Positions 1 through 7,816 of a DNA stretch of 64,000 nt are shown here, piece after piece. The position numbers and the translations under genes were made by a program. Below the pieces are notes generated by a model. The model saw nothing but the letters and a program-made list of their open reading frames with translations. It was not told the origin of the DNA and did not search any database. Origin of the DNA: Gemmatimonadota bacterium (lineage in GTDB: Bacteria > Gemmatimonadota > Gemmatimonadetes > Longimicrobiales > Gaopeijiaceae); the NCBI GenBank assembly GCA_034521595.1, contig JAXHMG010000003.1:832001-896000 (forward strand). Direction: 5' to 3'. How positions within the stretch are numbered: position 1 is the stretch's first letter; every line of letters starts with the position of its first letter.

Positions 1-369
1 CTCGGGACGTTCGCACTCTCCGCGGGCTACTACGACCAGTACTACGGCCGGGCGCAGCGGGCTCGGGCCCGCATTCGTGGCGACTTCGAGACGGTGTTCG
101 CGGACGGGGTCGATGCCCTCTTCACGCCCACCACGCCCACGACCGCGTTCCCGATCGGGGAGCGGGTGGACGATCCCGTGGAGATGTACCTCTCCGACGT
201 CTACACCGTCACGGCGAATCTGGCCGGGATCCCGGGCCTCTCCGTACCCATCGGAGCGCTCGACGGACTGCCGGTCGGTGGGCAGATTCTCGCCCCCTGG
301 TGGAAGGAGGAGACGGCCGTTCGTGTGGGTGGTGCCCTCGAAGCTTCCGGACCCTGGAGTCGCTCGTGA
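1..369 (+). CDS. gatA: Asp/Glu-tRNA amidotransferase subunit A, 3' part (runs off window start)
   Basis: Frame 1 reads [15 protein letters not shown]...PTTPTTAF...[22 protein letters not shown], the GatA C-terminus; stop overlaps the gatB start (GTGA). Confidence 0.95.
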   Translation, partial: LGTFALSAGYYDQYYGRAQRARARIRGDFETVFADGVDALFTPTTPTTAFPIGERVDDPVEMYLSDVYTVTANLAGIPGLSVPIGALDGLPVGGQILAPWWKEETAVRVGGALEASGPWSRS

Positions 370-1799
370 GCTGGGAAGCGGTCATCGGCATCGAGATCCA
401 CGTGCAGCTCCGGACCGAGCGGAAGCTGTTCTGTGGCAACCGGGTCGTCTTCGGAGACGCGCCGAACACGCACGTATGTCCCGTCTGCCTGGGACTTCCG
501 GGAGCTTTGCCCACGGTGAACCCGGAAGCGGTGCGTCTGGCGTTGCGGACAGCGTTGGCCCTCGACTGCACGGTGCACGAGCGGAGTGTCTGGGCGCGAA
601 AGAACTACTTCTACCCGGATCTCCCGAAGGGATATCAGATCAGCCAGTTCGAGGAGCCGCTGGCCACCGACGGAACGGTCGTGTTCAACGTAGACGGTGA
701 GGAGCGCTCGGTGCGGATCCGCCGGATCCACATGGAAGAGGACGCGGGAAAGCTGATTCACGACCGCTTCCCGGACGCCACCGCGGTGGACCTCAATCGA
801 GCCGGAACTCCGTTGGTCGAGATCGTTACCGAGCCGGACCTGCGCTCTCCCGCCGCGACCCGTGCCTTTCTGGCCGCTCTGAAGCAGATGCTGGAGTATG
901 TCGGCGTGAGCGACTGCAACATGGAGGAGGGAAGCCTCCGCGCCGACGCCAACGTGTCGCTTCGCCGCTCCGGCACCGAGCCGCTCGGCACCAAGACCGA
1001 GATCAAGAACGTGAACTCCTTTTCCGGCATCGAGAAGGCGCTGGAGCTCGAGATCGAGCGGCAGCGCGAAGTACTCGGCTCCGGGGAGAGGATCGAGCAA
1101 CAGACGCTGCTGTGGGACGATCACGTGGGGCGCCTCCGACCGATGCGCACGAAGGAGGAAAGCCATGACTACCGGTACTTTCCGGATCCTGACCTCCCCA
1201 CGTTGAGGGTCACGTGGGAGGAGGTCGAAGACGTGCGGCGCGCGCTCCCCGAGCTACCGCGGGCGCGGCGGGCGCGCTTCGTGCGGGAGCACGGTTTGTC
1301 CGAGTACGACGCGGGCGTGCTGACGCAGACGGTGACGACCGCGGACTACTTCGAGGAGGTCGCCCGAGGGCTGGGAGAGGCGAAGGTCGCCGCCAACTGG
1401 GTGATGGGCCCGGTGCAAGCGCTCGTGAAGGAGCGTACGGAGGAAGCGGCGGATGGATTCCCGGTGTCCGCGCCGCGCTTGGTGGAGCTTCTGACGCTGC
1501 TGCGGGACGGTGTCGTGTCCGACAGCGCCGCGAAGAAGGTCCTGGGCAAGTTGGCCGTTGAAGCGAGCTCGGCGAGAGAGATCGTGGAGCGCGAGGGCTT
1601 GGTGCAGGTGCGGGACACGGCGCAGCTCGAGGCGTGGGTGGCGGAAGTCGTGGAGGCGCATCCCGAGGAGGTCGAACGGTACCGCGGTGGTGAGGACCGG
1701 CTGTTGGGCTTCCTCGTCGGTCGCGTGATGGCACGTTCCGGGGGACAGGCCGATCCCCGTCAGGTGAACGAGTTGCTCCGCTCGACGTTAGCGTCGTAG
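366..1799 (+). CDS. gatB: Asp/Glu-tRNA amidotransferase subunit B
   Basis: [72 protein letters not shown] start at 366. Confidence 0.97.
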   Translation: MSWEAVIGIEIHVQLRTERKLFCGNRVVFGDAPNTHVCPVCLGLPGALPTVNPEAVRLALRTALALDCTVHERSVWARKNYFYPDLPKGYQISQFEEPLATDGTVVFNVDGEERSVRIRRIHMEEDAGKLIHDRFPDATAVDLNRAGTPLVEIVTEPDLRSPAATRAFLAALKQMLEYVGVSDCNMEEGSLRADANVSLRRSGTEPLGTKTEIKNVNSFSGIEKALELEIERQREVLGSGERIEQQTLLWDDHVGRLRPMRTKEESHDYRYFPDPDLPTLRVTWEEVEDVRRALPELPRARRARFVREHGLSEYDAGVLTQTVTTADYFEEVARGLGEAKVAANWVMGPVQALVKERTEEAADGFPVSAPRLVELLTLLRDGVVSDSAAKKVLGKLAVEASSAREIVEREGLVQVRDTAQLEAWVAEVVEAHPEEVERYRGGEDRLLGFLVGRVMARSGGQADPRQVNELLRSTLAS

Positions 1800-2860
1800 T
1801 CCGGAGTGGCGGACGCCTCTTCATCTGCGGAGGCCGGGTCCGTTCCGGGCTCGGACCGTTCGGGGAGGCGTCGCGTCTCGGTCCCGAGCGGTGGCTCGGG
1901 GCGGGGGAGGGTGCGATTGCCGGCGTGCCACGAGGTGATCCCGGCCGCGAACTCCGGGGCGCGAATCTGCGGCCAGTAGATCGACCGGTCGGGCGGAAGG
2001 GGAAAGAAGGCGTCGGCCATCTCTTCGAGAGCTTCCGGGTGGTCGGCGGTATGGTCCGCGAGCGCGCGCCGACGAACCTTTTTGGCCAGCTTGAGATTGA
2101 GGTCTCCCACGGGGTCCGCCTCGGCCGCCCGTGACTCCGCGCGCTCGTTGAGGTAGCCCACGACCCGCTCGAAGGCGAGCTCGAAGTAGTGATCGACCGT
2201 CGGGTCCGGCAGGTCGAACCTCGAGTTGGCTAGAACCTGTCCGAAGACCTTCTGCCACCGCTCGTGACCCTGGAACTGAATCATCCCGCGGAAGATCCGG
2301 CGGTTCGTGCGAAAGCTGAAGATTGTCCGGCTCAGCACGTCGTCGAACAGCGAGTCGGCCTCGCTGTGGTCGTGATCCATCACGATGTGCCGGGCGAGGG
2401 ACACGAAGTCTTCGCCCACGTGCATGTCCATGCGGTGTTCCCAATAGGCGTGGCCCAGAGCCTGGGTCGTGCTCGTGAGTAGGAGCTGACGGGGCACGAA
2501 CAGGTTGTGCGCCACGGTATCGGCGGCCAAGTGCGCCAGGTATCCGTATCCGACCGCGGCCAGGCGCTCGGAGTCCGCCGACGCCAGGATTTCCTCTCCG
2601 ATGGACCAATCGTGACAGTGCCGTCCGGCAGGCACGTACTTCTTCGCGAAGGAGATATCGGCCGCGACCGATCCGTAGAGGAAATGGAGCGGATAGCGCT
2701 CGAGGATCGCCCGTGTGGCGGGCGGTAGAAGGTACAGGGACGCCAGGAGCGCCTCTCCGAGAGCGACGTGGGTCGCGGGCCCCCAGGCGGATACCGGCTC
2801 GGGAGCCAGAAGGACCCACCCGAGGCACAACCATCCTGCTCTGCGGATGATGGAGCTCAT
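1760..2860 (-). CDS. Zinc-dependent phospholipase C family protein, secreted
   Basis: Signal peptide ending VSA, then WGPATH (N-terminal W..H zinc ligands), GYLAHLAADTVAHN and HAYWE. Confidence 0.75.
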   Translation of the reverse strand: MSSIIRRAGWLCLGWVLLAPEPVSAWGPATHVALGEALLASLYLLPPATRAILERYPLHFLYGSVAADISFAKKYVPAGRHCHDWSIGEEILASADSERLAAVGYGYLAHLAADTVAHNLFVPRQLLLTSTTQALGHAYWEHRMDMHVGEDFVSLARHIVMDHDHSEADSLFDDVLSRTIFSFRTNRRIFRGMIQFQGHERWQKVFGQVLANSRFDLPDPTVDHYFELAFERVVGYLNERAESRAAEADPVGDLNLKLAKKVRRRALADHTADHPEALEEMADAFFPLPPDRSIYWPQIRAPEFAAGITSWHAGNRTLPRPEPPLGTETRRLPERSEPGTDPASADEEASATPDYDANVERSNSFT

Positions 2861-2880
2861 GCGGCGTGTATGGGCGCCCC

Positions 2881-3447
2881 TCAGTCGGAGCGCCCTCCTT
2901 CGTCGTGGGCGTAGCCGGGAATGCGCGCTTCGAACTCGGGTGGAACCTCGGGGTCGCGTCGGGCGTTCGTTGGCTCCGTCCGGCGTGTTTGGTGCCCCTG
3001 GTTGGACATCGACTTCGCGCTCTCACGGATGCCGTGCACCGTGGCCGCCGTATCGAGAAAGATCTCCTCGGTCTCCGTCTGCACGGTTTCCATCAGGAGG
3101 TTGAACTCCTCGATCCGGTCCTCCATGTGGTCGGACGCCTGCTGGAGACGGTCGGTCAGCGAGCGAATGGAGCTGTGTAGCGTTGTGACGTCGGTCCGAA
3201 CCGCCTCGGTGATGAACTCGACGTTGTCGGAGATCGACTTTGCCCGGGTGGAGACCGGTTCGAGGTTCTTCTGGACGGAGGCTCGGACGTCCCGCAGCAC
3301 GTTCCGGAACTCCAGTAGCGTCATGGCGATAACGACCGCGAGAACGACGATGGCCAGCGCGGCGATCACGATGCCGACATCCGCAGCTATAGCCAGGGCA
3401 TCCCGGCGGGCCACGACTTCGGGGAGCGTTGCCTGGATTATGTTCAT
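2881..3447 (-). CDS. DUF948/YoxC-like membrane-anchored coiled-coil protein
   Basis: One N-terminal TM helix followed by heptad-like helical repeats; ATG at 3447 chosen. Confidence 0.55.
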   Translation of the reverse strand: MNIIQATLPEVVARRDALAIAADVGIVIAALAIVVLAVVIAMTLLEFRNVLRDVRASVQKNLEPVSTRAKSISDNVEFITEAVRTDVTTLHSSIRSLTDRLQQASDHMEDRIEEFNLLMETVQTETEEIFLDTAATVHGIRESAKSMSNQGHQTRRTEPTNARRDPEVPPEFEARIPGYAHDEGGRSD

Positions 3448-3622
3448 ATCGAAGTGTAACCGACACCATCCCCGGTGATCCAGTCGGGCGGGCACGGAGG
3501 CGCACGAGCACGGGTGGCGGCCGCAGTTGCTGGCGTTCGGCCGCGGCCGGTATCTTCGAGCGCCTCGGCGTCGGGCCGCCGACTGCGGTCACAGCCTCGA
3601 TCCTCCACTCCTCTCGGAGCCC

Positions 3623-4912
3623 ATGGGAAGCTTTCTCGTCGAAGGCGGCCACCAACTCGACGGTCGGATCCGCCCCGCCGGTAACAAGAATGCCGCGCTG
3701 CCGTGCCTGGCCGCGACAGTGCTCGCATCCTCCCCCGTGACACTGAAGAACGTGCCGCGCATCCGAGACGTCCTCACCTTTTTGGAGATCGTGGAGTCGT
3801 TGGGGGCGTCGGTGCGGTGGGACGGTCCGAACGAGGTCACGGTGGACCCGCGGGGCGTGGAAGGTGGCGAGATCGATCGGCGCCTGGCCGAGCGCATTCG
3901 GGCGTCCGTTTTGCTCGCGGGTCCACTGCTCGCGCGCTTCGGAGACGTCGAACTGCCTCCGCCGGGTGGAGACGTCATCGGTCGCCGCCGCATGGACACG
4001 CACTTTCTCGCGTTCGAGGCCCTCGGCGCCACGGTGACCCTGAATGGGGGATTCAGGATTCGGGCCCGTGAGTTGCAGGGGACGGACCTATTCCTGGACG
4101 AGCCCTCGGTGACGGGAACGGAAAACGCGATCATGGCGGCGGTGCTGGCCCAGGGCCGAACCCGGCTCCGCAACGCGGCGGCGGAGCCGCACGTCCAAGA
4201 CCTGTGCCGCCTCCTGAACGAGATGGGGGCCCGTATCCGCGGGGTAGGCACGCACATATTGGATATCGAAGGGGTGGAGGGTCTTCAGGGCGCGACGTTC
4301 CGCATCGGGTCCGACCACATCGAAGCGGGATCCTTCATCGGCCTCGCCGCCGTGACCGGGAGTGATCTCACGATCGAGGGCGCACCCATGGAGCATCTCG
4401 ACTCCACACTGCTCGGATTTCAGCGCCTCGGCATCGGGTGTGAGGTCAGGGGTGACGATCTGTTCGTGCGAGGTGCCGGACCCCATCGAGTCCAGAAGGA
4501 CGCGTACGGACACGTGCCCAAGCTCGATGATGGACCATGGCCGGCCTTCCCGGCCGACCTGACCTCGATCGCCATCGTGGCGGCCACCGGATGCGAGGGG
4601 ACCGTCCTAGTGCACGAGAAGATGTTCGAATCGCGAATGTACTTCACGGACAAGCTCGTGGGCCTCGGTGCGTCCATCATTCTGTGCGATCCCCACCGGG
4701 TGGTTGTGGTCGGCCCGTGCCGTTTGCGGGGGGGCGTGCTGGAAAGCCCGGACATCCGCGCGGGGATGGCGCTTCTCATCGCGGCGTTGGGGGCGGAGGG
4801 CAAGAGCCGTATCGGGAATATCCAACAGATCGAGCGGGGGTACGAGCGCATCGACGAGCGGCTGCGTGGTCTCGGTGCCCGGATCGAGCGAGTCGACGGA
4901 GGAGACGGTTGA
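3623..4912 (+). CDS. murA: UDP-N-acetylglucosamine 1-carboxyvinyltransferase (Asp variant at the Cys115 position)
   Basis: GNKNAALP, RASVLLAGPLL, PGGDVIGRR, SVTGTEN, NAAAEPHV, WPAFPADL, DIRAG, IERGYE. Confidence 0.96.
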   Translation: MGSFLVEGGHQLDGRIRPAGNKNAALPCLAATVLASSPVTLKNVPRIRDVLTFLEIVESLGASVRWDGPNEVTVDPRGVEGGEIDRRLAERIRASVLLAGPLLARFGDVELPPPGGDVIGRRRMDTHFLAFEALGATVTLNGGFRIRARELQGTDLFLDEPSVTGTENAIMAAVLAQGRTRLRNAAAEPHVQDLCRLLNEMGARIRGVGTHILDIEGVEGLQGATFRIGSDHIEAGSFIGLAAVTGSDLTIEGAPMEHLDSTLLGFQRLGIGCEVRGDDLFVRGAGPHRVQKDAYGHVPKLDDGPWPAFPADLTSIAIVAATGCEGTVLVHEKMFESRMYFTDKLVGLGASIILCDPHRVVVVGPCRLRGGVLESPDIRAGMALLIAALGAEGKSRIGNIQQIERGYERIDERLRGLGARIERVDGGDG

Positions 4913-5009
4913 GGAATCGTGAACTTTTGACGGTCGGAACGCGTACTGCTGACGGGGAGCGGGCGTCCGTTTCCCGAGCCGTTCCGTATCGAAACGGGAG
5001 GAATCAGAG

Positions 5010-5330
5010 ATGACCGACCAAGAAGAGAAGCGGCAGACGGGTACCCGGGACAAGGTCTCGGACGGCATCCGTCAGGGCATCGGGGTGCTGTCCGCATTCA
5101 AGGAAGCCCTCGAAGAAACGATTCAGGAAGCTCGTGATCGGGGAGACCTTTCGACGGATCGCGCGAAAGAGGTGATGCGCGACGCTTTGGATCGGGCGCA
5201 GGCCGCAGCCGGCGACGCGCGTGAGCGCTTCGATTTCGTGCACCAAACGGAGGTCGACGAGCTGCGGGCGGAGGTGGCGGCTCTGCGGGCGCGGGTGGAT
5301 GCGCTGGAAGCGCGGCACCGGTCTGAATGA
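5010..5330 (+). CDS. Phasin/PhaF-like small helical protein
   Basis: GIGVLSAFKEALEETIQEARDRGDLS...EVDELRAEVAALRARVDALE resembles the PhaF/PhaI-type pattern; GGGAGG upstream. Confidence 0.5.
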   Translation: MTDQEEKRQTGTRDKVSDGIRQGIGVLSAFKEALEETIQEARDRGDLSTDRAKEVMRDALDRAQAAAGDARERFDFVHQTEVDELRAEVAALRARVDALEARHRSE

Positions 5331-5390
5331 CCCCGACCTGACGAGGCTGCGCCGGACAGGGGGCGGTGTGGAAGGTCGCCATCACCGCGC

Positions 5391-5419
5391 TTGAGAGCGG
5401 TTCCCCTTTCTGGTATGTT
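5391..5419 (+). promoter_or_regulatory. Sigma70-type promoter of the rimP-nusA-infB operon
   Basis: TTGAGA-17 nt-TATGTT with TG extended -10. Confidence 0.6.
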
Positions 5420-5462
5420 CACAGGCCGGTGAAGGTGCGTTACCGGGAGGGTCGTTGCCGAC

Positions 5463-5491
5463 TGTGGGGAAGAGGCCGTCCCCGCATTTTT
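5463..5491 (+). terminator. Leader hairpin plus U-tract upstream of rimP (candidate attenuator)
   Basis: TGTGGGGA-agaggccg-TCCCCGCA-TTTTT between promoter and rimP start. Confidence 0.6.
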
Positions 5492-5558
5492 GTTCGATGT
5501 GGACTGGGGTTCGTCGCTTCGGCGGCGTGCCCCTGAATGTTAAGGGGGGATGTTTTCG

Positions 5559-6053
5559 ATGCGAGTGGTTCCGGAGATCGCCGAGGAGTTGGAGCGCCGT
5601 GTGAGCGCGCTCGGCTTCGAATTGGTGGATGTCCGGTGGGGAGGGAGCGGGCGTCGTCCGCTACTCCAACTTCGCATCGACCGGCCGGAGGCCGCTCCAG
5701 GCGCGGGGGTGACCGTGGACGACTGCGCGTCGGTCAGCCGGGCTCTGGAGCCGTGGCTGGACGAGCACGAGAGCCTGTCGGATCGGTACACGCTGGAGGT
5801 TTCGTCACCCGGTGTGGACCGCCCGCTGGTGCGGCCGAGCGACTTCGAGCGTTTCAGCGGAGAGCAGGTCGTGGTCCAGGGTCGGGAAGCGCTGGTCGGC
5901 GAGCAGAGTCGGCTCGAAGGAGAATTGCTGGGATGGGTGGAAGCATCCATGGGGGGGGAAGGTAACGTGCGTCTCCGGTTGTCCGGGGGTGACGAAGTCG
6001 ACGTTCCCGTGGATCGGATTCGTAAGGCGAATCTCGTCTTCACGTGGAAGTGA
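5559..6053 (+). CDS. rimP: Ribosome maturation factor RimP
   Basis: GVTVDDCASVSR, YTLEVSSPGVDRPL; first gene of the nusA-infB operon (alternative ATG at 5550). Confidence 0.95.
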   Translation: MRVVPEIAEELERRVSALGFELVDVRWGGSGRRPLLQLRIDRPEAAPGAGVTVDDCASVSRALEPWLDEHESLSDRYTLEVSSPGVDRPLVRPSDFERFSGEQVVVQGREALVGEQSRLEGELLGWVEASMGGEGNVRLRLSGGDEVDVPVDRIRKANLVFTWK

Positions 6054-6067
6054 GGAGATAATAGAAG

Positions 6068-7480
6068 ATGGCGAACGCGGCCCAGATCTTAGCGGCCTTC
6101 AGAGACGTGGCGTCGACCAAGAGCCTGTCCGAGGAGGAAATGACCGACCTCGTCAAGGACGGGATCCTGGCGGGCCTCGCGCGTATTTACGGTCCTACCG
6201 TACAGGCCGAGATCGATATCGCCGAAGAAACCGGCGAGTTCGATATCGTGGTCTTGCGACGCGTCGTCGAAGACGTCGAAGATTCGGCGTGCGAGATCTC
6301 TCTCGAGGAGGCTCGTTGGGACGATCCCACCTTCGAGGTCGGGGACGTCATGGAGATCCCGGTCGAGTTCGGTCAGTTCGGGCGGAACGCGGTCATGGCC
6401 GTCAAGCAGCGGATCGTGCAGCGTGTTCGCGAGAACGAGCGGAGTCGTATCCGCGACGAGTTCGCCGATCGGGTCGGGGAGCTCCTGTCCGGCGAGGTAC
6501 AGCAGGCCGAGCGCGGCAAGCTCGTCGTGCTGATGAACCAAGCTCGCGATGCCGAAGCGATCATCCCCTGGAAGGAGCAGAACCCGCGGGAGCGGTTCCG
6601 GCAGGGTGACCCGATCCGCGCTGTCCTCAAGAAGGTCGAGGAGACGCCGAAGGGACCGCGCCTCATCCTCTCCCGCGGAGATCCGGGCTTCGTTGCGGCA
6701 CTGTTCAGGCTCGAAGTCCCGGAGATCCACCAGGGCATCGTGGAAATCAAGGAGATCTCGCGCGAAGTTGGAGGCCGAACGAAGATCGCGGTCTATAGCC
6801 GTGATGAATCGATCGATCCGGTGGGCGCCTGTGTCGGCCTCAAGGGCTCCCGCGTTCAGGCCGTCGTCTCGGAGCTCGGAGGGGAGCGTATCGATATCGT
6901 TCCGTGGCATCCCGACACGGAGGTGTTCGCACGCCGCGCCCTCGCGCCCGCACGGGTTTCGAAGGTGTTCACGGATCTCGATCGCCAGGTCGTCACTGCC
7001 ATCGTGGACGAAGATCAGCTTTCGTTGGCGATCGGTAGGAACGGTCAGAATGTTCGCCTGGCGTCACAGTTGATCGGGTGGCAGATCGACCTCTACGGCT
7101 CGCGGGAGTGGATGGAGCGCGGCGAGGAGCTGAGCGCGCTCGAGACGCAGGGCGGCGACGAGCAGTTCGAGACTTCCGATTTCCCGCTCTCCGAGCTCGA
7201 CGTGCCTGCGGCGACACTGGCGGCGCTCTCGGAGGCCGGGTATCATACGTTTCTGCAGATCATCGACTTGGAGCGCAGAGACTTCCTGGAAATCGCGGGC
7301 ATCGGTGAGGTGGGAGCCGATCGGCTGCTCGAGTTGATCGACGAGTTGACGGTCGTGGAAGACGATCCCGACACGGACGAGGCTGCTGTCCGCAAGGTGG
7401 TGGAGAGCGAGACGTTCGGGGGAACCGACGAGCCGGTCGGCGAGGAGAGGACGGTCGGGAATGAACAGGAGCAGGAGTGA
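6068..7480 (+). CDS. nusA: Transcription termination/antitermination factor NusA
   Basis: FGRNAVMAVKQ, S1 and KH domains (DPVGACVGLKGSRVQ, LSLAIGRNGQNVRLA), acidic C-terminal extension. Confidence 0.97.
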   Translation: MANAAQILAAFRDVASTKSLSEEEMTDLVKDGILAGLARIYGPTVQAEIDIAEETGEFDIVVLRRVVEDVEDSACEISLEEARWDDPTFEVGDVMEIPVEFGQFGRNAVMAVKQRIVQRVRENERSRIRDEFADRVGELLSGEVQQAERGKLVVLMNQARDAEAIIPWKEQNPRERFRQGDPIRAVLKKVEETPKGPRLILSRGDPGFVAALFRLEVPEIHQGIVEIKEISREVGGRTKIAVYSRDESIDPVGACVGLKGSRVQAVVSELGGERIDIVPWHPDTEVFARRALAPARVSKVFTDLDRQVVTAIVDEDQLSLAIGRNGQNVRLASQLIGWQIDLYGSREWMERGEELSALETQGGDEQFETSDFPLSELDVPAATLAALSEAGYHTFLQIIDLERRDFLEIAGIGEVGADRLLELIDELTVVEDDPDTDEAAVRKVVESETFGGTDEPVGEERTVGNEQEQE

Positions 7481-7814
7481 CGTCCTGGCCATTCTCGGCC
7501 TCGCTCGCCGGGCGGGCGAGGCCTCGGGTGGAACGGAGGCCGTCAGGCAGGCGGTAAGGGACGGGCGTGCGAAGGTGGTCGTCATGGCCACGGACGCGTC
7601 CCCGACCCAGCTGAAAAAAATTCGCAGTACGATTCATAATCGGACGATCCCTCAGGTCTTCCTGGGGGATCGAAGCACGTTGGGGGCCGCGATCGGGGCG
7701 GCGCCGTTGGCCGCGATCGCGGTGACGGACGCATCGCTGGCGGGGCGCCTCTTGGAAGGGGTCGGATCGGAAGAGGCCACGGACGCTCCCGACGAACCGG
7801 AGAGACGAAGATAA
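7461..7814 (+). CDS. L7Ae/L30e/S12e/Gadd45 family protein (YlxQ-like)
   Basis: LGLARRAG...AKVVVMATDAS...LGAAIG...AIAVTD; canonical position between nusA and infB. Confidence 0.85.
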   Translation: MNRSRSDVLAILGLARRAGEASGGTEAVRQAVRDGRAKVVVMATDASPTQLKKIRSTIHNRTIPQVFLGDRSTLGAAIGAAPLAAIAVTDASLAGRLLEGVGSEEATDAPDEPERRR

Positions 7815-7816
7815 GT

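Noticed and set aside
5951-5958. G8 homopolymer in rimP as a phase-variation tract
   Set aside because: The frame is intact in a housekeeping gene, and such runs are expected at this GC content.
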